Below, one piece after another: positions 1 to 8,514 of a stretch of 64,000 bases of DNA. Every line of letters begins with the position of its first letter. Position 1 is the stretch's first letter. Below the pieces are notes generated by a model. That model ran no database searches and had not been told where the DNA came from. It worked only from the letters and a program-made list of their open reading frames with translations. Both the position numbers and the translations under genes were made by a program. Origin of the DNA: a virus (Duplodnaviria > Heunggongvirae > Uroviricota > Caudoviricetes); IMG/VR virus record IMGVR_UViG_3300021400_002728, positions 229,154 through 293,153 of that record. One strand, written 5' to 3'.

Positions 1-1223
1 TGATGTGGTAACTTATCTAAATACTTGTATCTGTTTATGAATAGCTCACCTAATACCAATGGATTATCAAGCATTTCAATTTCTCTTTTAAAATACTCAT
101 TCCAGTTAGCAAGTTTAGCTATTTGAGTCACATTCTTAATTTTGTCTGGAAGTGTGTCATGTTCAGAAAAGTCTCTGTTAAATATAAACATAAACTCTTC
201 TTCTGACCAACATACTAGATAATTAAGATTGTTTTGCTGAGCAGTCTCTAACTTCTTTAAGTCTGATTCAGTCCATACATGAATAGCTATGTCAAAAAAT
301 TTAGTATGCTTTGCTTTCCATTCTTCTAAAACTTTAATATCTTCTGAATTATTAGAATCAAAGAAATGACCACCATGTGTCCAAAAGAAATTACATTCTA
401 CATATAAATCTAACTCAGGCACATACATATCACATTCAAATGGATAAACATCTGAAGTATAATGATGTACAGCATTAGGAAATATAGACTGTAATAAATC
501 ATAACATTTATCTTCTGACTGAGATTTTCCATAGGTTCCATGCTCATGTAGAGTTCTTCTACGTTTAACCTTAAATTCTTCAGAACCTAAATATTGTCTA
601 CTTTTGTTAGACTTCCCATAATTATCATAGCCATATCTGGACAGCATTGTAGATTTACCTTTTTCTCTAACTTCCTTAGATTTCATAGGGTTATCTACAC
701 CATAATGCTCCATATATGATTGTTTCTTCTTTTCAAGAACTTCTGAGGAAGCATAAACATTATCTACTCCATAACGTTCTTGAACTGTTTGCTTACACTT
801 TTCTCTATTAGTAAAAGTAGAGTTGCCATATCGCTTTTCTTTAGTAGCAGCAATTTTCTTAGCTGTTTCTGAACTAGCCATTCCAACTCCACCATGATTT
901 TCAATAATAGTTTGTTTAATTTTCTGTTTTACTTCATCTGCTTGAAATGGATTTTCTACTCCATACTTTTCTAAATTAGTCTGTCTAGCTTTCTTTAGTC
1001 TAGACTTAGCATTTGCAGAATTTTTTTCTGACATTATTTTAGCTCTACATTTTTTACAACGTCCTCTTTGTTGATAAAGTTTACTTGGTAATATTTCAAA
1101 ATCACCATGTTCTTTACAAGTAACAATAATAGGAGTTGTATAAGATTTCCAATCTATATTAGAAAAATCATACTCTGGAAATAACTTTTCACATTTTTCT
1201 AAAAATTGTTCCTTTGTAATCAT
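1..1223 (-). CDS. Homing-endonuclease-like protein, partial (runs off window start)
   Basis: Absent from the ORF track. Manual translation from ATG 1223 (SD GAAGGAG) gives MITKEQFLEKCEKLFPEYDFS...CKEHGDF...RCKKC, KYGVEN-type repeats and the nuclease-like motif YPFECDMYVPELDLYVECNFFWTHGG, which is shared with 36975..38009. Confidence 0.8.
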   Translation of the reverse strand, partial: MITKEQFLEKCEKLFPEYDFSNIDWKSYTTPIIVTCKEHGDFEILPSKLYQQRGRCKKCRAKIMSEKNSANAKSRLKKARQTNLEKYGVENPFQADEVKQKIKQTIIENHGGVGMASSETAKKIAATKEKRYGNSTFTNREKCKQTVQERYGVDNVYASSEVLEKKKQSYMEHYGVDNPMKSKEVREKGKSTMLSRYGYDNYGKSNKSRQYLGSEEFKVKRRRTLHEHGTYGKSQSEDKCYDLLQSIFPNAVHHYTSDVYPFECDMYVPELDLYVECNFFWTHGGHFFDSNNSEDIKVLEEWKAKHTKFFDIAIHVWTESDLKKLETAQQNNLNYLVCWSEEEFMFIFNRDFSEHDTLPDKIKNVTQIAKLANWNEYFKREIEMLDNPLVLGELFINRYKYLDKLPH

Positions 1224-1312
1224 TTTTATTTCTCCTTCATAGAAATATAATAAGCAGCTTAGTGATGAAGGCACTATTACTCAAAGGCTCATGACTTCCT
1301 TTGCTCCCTGCA
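1224..1312 (-). promoter_or_regulatory. Structured leader RNA, copy A (three-way junction plus kissing loop on SD hairpin)
   Basis: Stems AAAGG/CCUUU, UAGUG/CACUA and UAUUUCU/AGAAAUA. Loop CCUUCAU is complementary to SD loop AUGAAGG. Covaries with copy B. Confidence 0.75.
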
Positions 1313-1320
1313 TTATTAAC

Positions 1321-2164
1321 TTAATTGTAGAGATACTCGTATATCTCCAATGCAGTCATTTCTTTTTCTTCGCCGGCTACACGAACTTTAATTTTTTCGT
1401 CTTTATCAAACTCACGACCGGTAATCCAAATTTTACCAGTCCAGTCTGTGGGCTTATAGTCTGCGACGTCATTCAAACCAATTTTCTGCATCTTCTTATT
1501 ACGAGAATACATAACTGAACGTCCAATTCTTAAAATCTCTGCAGCCTCTTGAACAGAGTTAGCAACGGCAACTACACCATTCATTCCCTTAAAAGGATAA
1601 ACATTATTAGACTATATCATATTCTCTAATTAGAGAACCCTACCACTTCGATTTAATAGACTGATATTAGACTAATCTCATCTAAATGCTAACCATATTG
1701 GCTCTACTCTACTTACTTCGTGCAAATGCCTTATTTTCATACCGTATTTCAGGTCCTATAGCTTTCGATAGTCGTTGAACCCGTCTCTGTTACCAAGACT
1801 TGGCTGCTGATTTTCCATTCTTATAACCCTTAGGATTTAACCATAGGTCATCCAAATTATTTTTTCTGCTTTCGCTGCATATCACGTTTAGTATTTCTCT
1901 TACGTTGTAGCTAATTTGGCATTAGGTTCGTATTCATTATAAGAATACTGTTCCAGCAATTCAATAGGGAATTTTTCACGCATGTCACCATACGCGGGAG
2001 CTTCATCCTTTAAAAACGCACTCCGTTTGCTTTATGTCTACAAGCGCAACCGATATTTTATTATTATGTTCGATTCTTTAGGCTTTCGCCTAAATACAAT
2101 GGAATATGACATTCCTCAAAGTGACACTATTGTGCGAAATGAGTCCTCGTTTAGCTGTCTCCAT
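1321..2164 (-). CDS. Fragment of FtsK/HerA-like ATPase paralog A: mini IntC + bypass element + group I intron; coding segments 2164-2093, 2071-2020, 1601-1321 (~134 aa)
   Basis: SD AAGGAGGTG precedes METAKRGLISHN|SVTLRNVIFHCI[gap]EHNNKISVALVDIKQTEF/YPFKGMNGVVAVANSV. This aligns without gaps to SVCEQSIVGHVSRYSDRFQLVGVDCKRVEFNLLRGVKGVKGVALDV of gene B. Confidence 0.8.
1602..2019 (-). ncRNA. Group I intron in ATPase gene A (418 nt, no ORF)
   Basis: Core motifs GAAUUGCUGGAA, AAUCAGCAGCC, GUUCAACGACUA and UGAUAUAGUCU. P1 is GGAGU|...GCUCC with a U-G pair, P10 is AAAGGAU/AUCCUUU, and the intron ends in G. Removal restores ...QTEFYPFKG. Confidence 0.9.
2072..2095 (-). other. Putative programmed translational bypass element (take-off AUU, UAG, hairpin, landing AUC)
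   Basis: ATT TAG GCG AAA GCC TAA AGA ATC, with hairpin UUUAGGC-GAAA-GCCUAAA. Removing 21 nt restores collinearity with the paralog. Confidence 0.7.
2129..2164 (-). other. Mini split-intein C fragment (12 aa, METAKRGLISHN, +1 Ser)
   Basis: Has its own SD and ATG inside the 3' end of the upstream endonuclease gene. Ends His-Asn followed by the Ser equivalent to the Walker A GK-S serine. Confidence 0.8.
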
Positions 2165-3257
2165 TGTAATCATCACCTCCTTTTATAAACTGTTTAGTTT
2201 GAGCTATATTTTTACATTTTCTACAACAGTACATTTGATAACCTCTAGTGAAGTTAATATACTTAGTAGGTTTATTACAAACTAAACATTTCCCTTCATT
2301 ATTAGATTTTATATATGTATCATAATATTCTTTGCAAGTAATCTGTTCATTAAATCTAATATGTGCAGACAGATAATTACCATTTTGAAAAGTCTGATTA
2401 CATATTAGACATGTCATTGGATTATTTTTTATTTTAGGTACATATACAATAGTTCTTGGTTTATCATACTTAAATTTTTTATACCAATATTTATCTTTAT
2501 ACTTCTCTTCACAATACTCTAAATATTGCTTAATATCACTATATGACCATACTATAATGTTGTTTGTATCAATGCATTTTTGTTTATCAGAGTCTTTTAA
2601 TGTGCCATCTGAATTTAGATATTGATTACCTTTAACTTCTATAATATCAGCATTTATTTTAAAGTCAGGAAAATATTTATGTGTAATATTATTTGAGTCA
2701 GTATAAGTCAATATGATAGGTAAACGTTCTATAGGTATATTATGATCTTTATGCCAAATATATACGGCAACTTCCCAAGATGAATCAAATAATTGATTAT
2801 CATAACTATAATATTTTCTAGACTGTTGGATATTTTTGTCTTGCATTGGATGTTCAACACCATATTTAGCTAAACTGTTCTTCTTATGTTCAACCTTAAA
2901 ATAATCAGTTTTGAATATTTCATCTTGTCCATATTTAGCTTTTATAGTTTTCCTAATCTTAGATCTAACTTCTTTAGAACTTAATACACTTTCTACACCA
3001 TATCTTTCTAGATTAGTGTCTTTATGTTTCTGTTTACATTGTTCTGTATTATGAGAACATCGTAAGCAATATTCAAAATATCCATATATAACATTTTTGA
3101 ACTTAGTAGGTTTTCCGCAGGTTTTACAAAATCCATCATTGGTTTTATGTAAATAAGTATCATAGTATTGTTTAGTTTCTATTTTATGTGCTTGCTTAAT
3201 ATGTCCTCCAAATCCAATATTAGATTCAAATTCTTTTCCACAAATAAGACATTTCAT
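2151..3257 (-). CDS. Free-standing homing-endonuclease-like protein (Zn-finger modules, YGVE repeats, PD-(D/E)XK domain)
   Basis: CLICG...H...H and CxxCGKPT modules at both ends; nuclease motif DSSWE...YFPDFKI...IIEVKG. Confidence 0.8.
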   Translation of the reverse strand: MKCLICGKEFESNIGFGGHIKQAHKIETKQYYDTYLHKTNDGFCKTCGKPTKFKNVIYGYFEYCLRCSHNTEQCKQKHKDTNLERYGVESVLSSKEVRSKIRKTIKAKYGQDEIFKTDYFKVEHKKNSLAKYGVEHPMQDKNIQQSRKYYSYDNQLFDSSWEVAVYIWHKDHNIPIERLPIILTYTDSNNITHKYFPDFKINADIIEVKGNQYLNSDGTLKDSDKQKCIDTNNIIVWSYSDIKQYLEYCEEKYKDKYWYKKFKYDKPRTIVYVPKIKNNPMTCLICNQTFQNGNYLSAHIRFNEQITCKEYYDTYIKSNNEGKCLVCNKPTKYINFTRGYQMYCCRKCKNIAQTKQFIKGGDDYNGDS

Positions 3258-3344
3258 GCTATTTCTCCTTAATAGAAATATAATAAAGCAGCTTGATGAT
3301 TAAGGCATCATTATCTCTTTGGTTAGCTAGACCAAAGCTACCTG
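3258..3344 (-). promoter_or_regulatory. Structured leader RNA, copy B
   Basis: Stems AGGUAGC/GCUGCUU, UUUGGU/ACCAAA, UGAUG/CAUCA and UAUUUCU/AGAAAUA. Loop CCUUAAU is complementary to SD loop AUUAAGG. Confidence 0.75.
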
Positions 3345-3360
3345 TTATATTATTAAATAG
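3345..3360 (-). promoter_or_regulatory. Recurrent motif CTATTTAATAATATAA (putative phage promoter)
   Basis: Identical 16-mer at 40568..40583, also upstream of an endonuclease-IntC unit. Variants occur at about 6161, 16016, 18426, 27931 and 47203. Confidence 0.5.
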
Positions 3361-3368
3361 CCTATATG

Positions 3369-3400
3369 AAAAAGAGACATACCAAGCTTGATATGTCTCC
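3369..3400 (-). terminator. Intrinsic terminator
   Basis: GAGACAUA/UAUGUCUC stem followed by a U tract after 3409..3744. Confidence 0.7.
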
Positions 3401-3408
3401 TTTAAATG

Positions 3409-3744
3409 TTAATTTGTCCAAACTCCATCTTTGTAATATACCGTACCTAAGTTAAAACTAAACTTCCAACCAGTTTTCATATATTTGTCGTCATATAATC
3501 CAGCGTCTATAACAGCTTCATAGTCATTTTCTGTACCACCTTCAAGTGGATTTAAAGTAAGTCGTACAAAGTATGGTTTTCCATCTCGCTGTGTATCTGG
3601 TGCAATAGAATAATAACACTGATCAGTTTCATTATAGAATAAAGTTGGAAATTTGAGTTTAAACAAAGTAAAGAGTACAATTGTTGCATCAAAAAAATCA
3701 TCTGTGCGAATAAGGTCAGTGTAGAAATCAGCGTCTTTTGTCAT
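3409..3744 (-). CDS. Hypothetical protein
   Basis: ORF with SD GAAAGGA, followed by a terminator. Confidence 0.7.
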   Translation of the reverse strand: MTKDADFYTDLIRTDDFFDATIVLFTLFKLKFPTLFYNETDQCYYSIAPDTQRDGKPYFVRLTLNPLEGGTENDYEAVIDAGLYDDKYMKTGWKFSFNLGTVYYKDGVWTN

Positions 3745-3841
3745 AATAATTTCCTTTCTTTTTAATTAAATAGTTCCTGCCTATAAGCATAAAAAGTTTA
3801 GGCAATGGTAAAACACATCAACCTAAACTTTTTATTATATA

Positions 3842-3870
3842 ATAATATCATGCTCCTTAATATTTGTAAA
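3842..3870 (-). promoter_or_regulatory. Sigma-A-type promoter
   Basis: CTA-TTTACA, 17 nt spacer, TG-n-TATTAT. Confidence 0.7.
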
Positions 3871-3888
3871 TAGTTTTTTTGAAAAAAC

Positions 3889-5382
3889 TTACTCATTTGT
3901 GTAAGATAAGTATAAAGTTTCATCAAAAGCTCTATTAAACATAGCGGTAAACTCACCTAATCGTCTACCATCTACATCAGTATCTTCCAGTTTGTAGGTA
4001 ATAAAGTCAAAGATATAACTATTGTTTTCGCCTTCAGTAATATCGAGAATACGCGTATGTTCATTTTCATCATTGAATATAGCCATTATACCGCGCATCT
4101 TTTCAAGTAAGGCACTACCATATTGTACAGTAGAATCAGTTTTTTGCCATTTACCTTCCTGTTTAGTATTATAGACTGATTTTCTAATATAGACAGTTTT
4201 TCTGATTCTATAAGTAGAGTCAATAGGCATACGTTCTGCAAACTGTTTTCTTTGATCTGACGTAAATATTGGCCACATTGCTTGTACTGAGTCTGACCAA
4301 TCACATAGATCTGACATAAACTTACTCTTAGATATTTTATTATTTATTAAGAACTCTGATAAGTAAGTATGATTTTTCTCACTAGGATGATTAAACTCAT
4401 AGTATAGCTTAAGTAACTGTAATAATAACTTTTCCAGTCGTTCAGGAATAGTTTCTTCTATAAAAGCTCTATTAACTAAATCCTCATATGAATCTTTTCC
4501 AAGTTCAATGAGTTGGTTAACATATCTGAAACTTCCTAAGTTTAAAGAATCATCTACTTCAACATTTGATACAATTGTATCTATACCATCAGTTTCAAGT
4601 CTATGAATTAAACTTTTTCTTACATATCTAAGACTTTCACGTACATAAATATTATTTAATATAAGATACATAGAATATTTGAAACAGTTGATGTATTTTT
4701 CAGAACAATTCGCTATAGTAACAATTTGTTCTACCATAGGATCCAGTTTACCATCAATAAAATCTTTTATTCTATAAGAACTCACAGCATCAGTTAAATT
4801 ATACTTTATATTAGTACTAGCGTCTCTAAGATAAGCATTTTTTGACTTAAAGGTTTCAATATACTGTTTAAATGTTTTATAATTAGTGCATAAAGTTAAA
4901 TTGTACTTTATATCATCTAAAAAGTTATGACAATCTACAATGGCTTTAAAATAATTAGATTCTTTGCCATTAAGTTCTTTATCATGTGTAGCTTTATATT
5001 TTATTCTAGCTGATTCATAATCAGATTGATTTACACTCTTGTACTGAACATATCCATTTTCATTTACACCATCTGGAATCAAATAAAAATGTAAGCAGTG
5101 ATCAGTTAAACTTCGAGTAGCATTCTCAATAATAACAATTTCAAAATGATTTGGAGTAGCCTTATAATCATCTAGAGCAAGTACTCCCCAAATATGACAA
5201 TAAGATGCTAAGTTAAGAAATTCACTTTTATATAAAAAGTCACAAAGTCGCTGTACAACTATTCTTAAGCTAAAACGATTATAATGATTAACAATATTCT
5301 TCTCGAGATAACTCTTAGATTGCTTAAGCTTCGCAAACTCATGATCTCGCTGTGTATTATAATCAATTTCTATGCCACCCAT
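3889..5382 (-). CDS. Hypothetical protein (497 aa)
   Basis: Long ORF with SD; no recognised motif. Confidence 0.75.
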   Translation of the reverse strand: MGGIEIDYNTQRDHEFAKLKQSKSYLEKNIVNHYNRFSLRIVVQRLCDFLYKSEFLNLASYCHIWGVLALDDYKATPNHFEIVIIENATRSLTDHCLHFYLIPDGVNENGYVQYKSVNQSDYESARIKYKATHDKELNGKESNYFKAIVDCHNFLDDIKYNLTLCTNYKTFKQYIETFKSKNAYLRDASTNIKYNLTDAVSSYRIKDFIDGKLDPMVEQIVTIANCSEKYINCFKYSMYLILNNIYVRESLRYVRKSLIHRLETDGIDTIVSNVEVDDSLNLGSFRYVNQLIELGKDSYEDLVNRAFIEETIPERLEKLLLQLLKLYYEFNHPSEKNHTYLSEFLINNKISKSKFMSDLCDWSDSVQAMWPIFTSDQRKQFAERMPIDSTYRIRKTVYIRKSVYNTKQEGKWQKTDSTVQYGSALLEKMRGIMAIFNDENEHTRILDITEGENNSYIFDFITYKLEDTDVDGRRLGEFTAMFNRAFDETLYLSYTNE

Positions 5383-5400
5383 ATTTACCTCCTCCTTAGT

Positions 5401-5685
5401 TTAATACATAAGTCGTGTTTCTCCATGATTAGTAAGAACAAATAACGTTTCTTCTGAGTTCTTAATCTTATAATCTTTGAGTTCATACTCATAGATCTGA
5501 ATCTCAGTATCTGTAGGAATAGATTTAAGGTATAACATATCCCACTTAATATTCATAACTTTTTCTAAGTCGTCTTCAGATGCAAAATCTTTGAATCCTA
5601 AAGTTTTTCCTGAGCTATACATAAGGCCTATAAGATTTCCAGCTTTAGAAAGTTTATAGGCGTCTCTAATCAATTTTTCTAACAT
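5401..5685 (-). CDS. Hypothetical protein
   Basis: ORF with SD GGAGG. Confidence 0.7.
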   Translation of the reverse strand: MLEKLIRDAYKLSKAGNLIGLMYSSGKTLGFKDFASEDDLEKVMNIKWDMLYLKSIPTDTEIQIYEYELKDYKIKNSEETLFVLTNHGETRLMY

Positions 5686-5730
5686 GGCTATATCCTCCTA
5701 TTTAAGTCTTTTTGACTTTTATATCATTAA

Positions 5731-6114
5731 TTAACCTCTTTGATCAAATTCCCAACCTTTTCTATCATCATACCAGAAAGTGAGGAAAGTACAACCGTTA
5801 GATCCACCAGATGGATGAGTATATCTAAAACTTGCAGTTCCACAATAATGAGGTATAGATTCTTCTCCATCATCTGATTTACAGTATACTTCAGAGTTAA
5901 AATTAGCAATATAGATTTCTTTAAACATAAGCTTTAAGAATCCAACCTGATCAGCTAAATCTTGAGATTCAAAATCAATAATTATAATACCTCTAGATTC
6001 TTTTACTTTCTTAGTAAATTTAAGATCAGTTAGACCAGTAAGTCTTCTAAGTTCTGAATATAACTCCTCCATAGGAATATTTTCTGCCCATTCTAATAAT
6101 TTATCCTGATCCAT
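5731..6114 (-). CDS. Hypothetical protein
   Basis: ORF with SD AAGGAGG. Confidence 0.7.
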   Translation of the reverse strand: MDQDKLLEWAENIPMEELYSELRRLTGLTDLKFTKKVKESRGIIIIDFESQDLADQVGFLKLMFKEIYIANFNSEVYCKSDDGEESIPHYCGTASFRYTHPSGGSNGCTFLTFWYDDRKGWEFDQRG

Positions 6115-6179
6115 ATTTATGCCTCCTTATAAATAAATGGAAGTCCAACATTAGACCTCCATTATAAATAAATAGTTTA

Positions 6180-6512
6180 TTAGTCTTTAATATAACAATA
6201 TTCGACTTTCCATCCATCTTTACCACCATGCTCAAGTTCCATATATCCCTCAAGACGAACACAAGGATCTGTACCGTCGAGACAAGATGCATAGATAGAA
6301 TAACCACCCATACCATCGAGAAAAGCTTTATTGTCACTAGAAACAATATAGCTTCTTGATTCTTCTGAATACTCCTTGTTAAAGCTATCTTGAGTAAATA
6401 CGACAACTACATGAGCTGTTTCCTTACAGATGCTATTACCGCATTTGTAACCATGCTGTCTATTGAATTCTCTCAAGTATTCTTTTGCTTCATACCAATT
6501 GATTCTTTCCAT
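6180..6512 (-). CDS. Hypothetical protein
   Basis: ORF tightly packed behind the upstream gene, with SD. Confidence 0.7.
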   Translation of the reverse strand: MERINWYEAKEYLREFNRQHGYKCGNSICKETAHVVVVFTQDSFNKEYSEESRSYIVSSDNKAFLDGMGGYSIYASCLDGTDPCVRLEGYMELEHGGKDGWKVEYCYIKD

Positions 6513-6514
6513 GC

Positions 6515-7012
6515 TTAATTTCCTTTCTCAATAGTATCGTAAATATTATGATCGTATTTATCTTCATCTGGACAATCATCATCATTATCATTGCCAGTTT
6601 CAACAAAAGAATCATTTCCAAATAAGAATCTATCAAGAAGATTTTCATTAGCAAAAAGATCATCTAAAGGAATTTCTCCACAATGGTCAATATAACCATC
6701 ATTATTTTCAGCATACTCATATTCTTTACCATTCCATTCAGACTTTACCCAGTTAATTTCCGGTGCATGAATTTCTTCTACACCTTTTCTTTTAAGATAT
6801 TCAAAAAACTTATCAAGTTCTTCTCGTCCATTATCTAAGCATGCCTGATAAAAATAGTTTAACGTATCATATTCAGTATCTGCGCTCCATCCATACTCTC
6901 CACCTGAAAGAAATACTTTATGTGGTATACTGATAGAAGTATCTTTTGGAATTACTAATACATGTACACTAGAACTATTAGTTTCAAACATGCTCTGTCT
7001 AATTTCAATCAT
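6515..7012 (-). CDS. Hypothetical phage protein (FETNSSS-H N-terminal motif)
   Basis: IRQSMFETNSSSVH resembles a motif recurrent in phage hypothetical proteins (recalled, not searched). Confidence 0.7.
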   Translation of the reverse strand: MIEIRQSMFETNSSSVHVLVIPKDTSISIPHKVFLSGGEYGWSADTEYDTLNYFYQACLDNGREELDKFFEYLKRKGVEEIHAPEINWVKSEWNGKEYEYAENNDGYIDHCGEIPLDDLFANENLLDRFLFGNDSFVETGNDNDDDCPDEDKYDHNIYDTIEKGN

Positions 7013-7328
7013 TGCTATCTTCCTCCATAGTATCTACGTAGATATTGCTAATTTTGCAGTAATAATTTAAGTCTTTTATAAGATCATTGACATTATCTAC
7101 AACTTCTTCATATGTTAGATCATAATCTTCAAAATATTGTAAGTTATCTGCCTCTCTTTCAATATCATCAAGATTATTTGCTAAATCAATTTCGTCATAC
7201 TCCTCAGGAAACTGTTCTCGAATTTCTCTCCAACATTTCTCAAGTATAGAAAGTACTTTTTCTACTTCGAGTTCCTCAGCTGCATTCTTTAATGCTTTTC
7301 CATTTTTTAAGGAATATCTATATGTCAT
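7005..7328 (-). CDS. Hypothetical protein
   Basis: ORF with SD. Confidence 0.65.
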   Translation of the reverse strand: MTYRYSLKNGKALKNAAEELEVEKVLSILEKCWREIREQFPEEYDEIDLANNLDDIEREADNLQYFEDYDLTYEEVVDNVNDLIKDLNYYCKISNIYVDTMEEDSND

Positions 7329-7343
7329 TAGTATTCTCTCCTC

Positions 7344-7718
7344 TTAAAGTGAATTTCTAAAATTAACCATTTCTTTTTTTAAGTAATAATTATGAAAATC
7401 TTCATCTATGACTTGACCACCGAGAAATAGATGATTATTTTTTGTTTCAATATGTCTTACTATACAATTAGTCATAATGACGAATTTCTCAGATGAATTT
7501 GAATAATAAACCTCATCACAAAATACAATTTTCACTTCATCATTTAATTCAATTGATAATTGTGATATGTCTATGTCGGAATCTATTGTAATGCCTATCC
7601 CTAACTCTGAAATATCATGTACATAACCAGTAACCTCAAAATTTACACCATCTATATACAGTAATATAGGTACATCAACAATAGACAGACGAGTATAATT
7701 TCGTCTATCGTTAATCAT
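7344..7718 (-). CDS. PilZ-domain protein (putative c-di-GMP receptor)
   Basis: RRNYTR (RxxxR) and DISELG (DxSxxG) motifs in a beta-rich 124-aa protein. Confidence 0.8.
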   Translation of the reverse strand: MINDRRNYTRLSIVDVPILLYIDGVNFEVTGYVHDISELGIGITIDSDIDISQLSIELNDEVKIVFCDEVYYSNSSEKFVIMTNCIVRHIETKNNHLFLGGQVIDEDFHNYYLKKEMVNFRNSL

Positions 7719-7928
7719 AATTTACTCCCTCTTTTTAATATTATTAGCTTTCCTGATCCCAAGGCTCGAAGTCTTTTCTGCATAAATTATCCTGAATAAT
7801 ACCAGTTTCATCATTCTCTGCAATGAAATAATCACAATTTAACTGACTAGGTCCAAGATAAGTAAAGAACTTATAAGGCTTAGTCTTAGTCTGAACAGTT
7901 TCTCCGCGCTTGATGTTAGAATCAGTAA

Positions 7929-8504
7929 TCATTGTATTCTCCTTTGTATGCTATCAAACATTATATTGACAAAATCTAATGTAGGACTTGCTAATATAGA
8001 TTTATCATACTTATATATAATATTATTGTCTATACTTCTAATATTGCCTGCAATTATTATTCGATCATAACCTTCTTTAGAAAAATCATAACCTTGAAGT
8101 GTTAACCCAATTAGTTCTGCTGAAAATCTAGTATATTCTTCATCAGGAAAATTGTCAATCACTACTGGTAAATCAGTTATTTCATCTCTAAATGTTGCAG
8201 TCTCATTTACAATATCAATATATGTAGTAGTGATATTCAAATTGATCATATAAATTGAACTTATACAATCAGCGTAAATAGCAGAACTATCGTGTACAAA
8301 ATGACCACTTAAACATATGGCACTGGGAAAGAAACTATCATTTGTATATTGTTTCATAGTCTGTACACATATATTATATTGTGCTGGATCTAATAACACA
8401 GGTAAATTTGAACATATATCAGTAAATCTATGTAATATCTGTCCATTTGTTGGATTATAAATCATAGACATACGACAGATTGTAAATATGTCATTAACTG
8501 TCAT
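7929..8504 (-). CDS. Hypothetical protein
   Basis: ORF with SD AAAGGAG. Confidence 0.7.
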   Translation of the reverse strand: MTVNDIFTICRMSMIYNPTNGQILHRFTDICSNLPVLLDPAQYNICVQTMKQYTNDSFFPSAICLSGHFVHDSSAIYADCISSIYMINLNITTTYIDIVNETATFRDEITDLPVVIDNFPDEEYTRFSAELIGLTLQGYDFSKEGYDRIIIAGNIRSIDNNIIYKYDKSILASPTLDFVNIMFDSIQRRIQ

Positions 8505-8514
8505 TATATCTCCT

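Noticed and set aside
1224-1312. Hammerhead ribozyme or cobalamin riboswitch identity for the leader RNA
   Set aside because: There is no CUGANGA/GAAA core or B12-box consensus; only the kissing-loop logic is similar.
2078-2092. Stop-codon reassignment (TAG recoding) explaining the in-frame stop
   Set aside because: A TAA is also in frame, readthrough would add 7 residues relative to the paralog, and the standard code gives dense full-length genes elsewhere.
2071-2150. 3' half of a split or trans-spliced group I intron (S-like AUGUCAUAUUCC, P9-like GAAA hairpin, terminal G)
   Set aside because: No P, Q or R core was found upstream. The same bases have their own SD and ATG and translate as IntC plus ATPase sequence collinear with the paralog.
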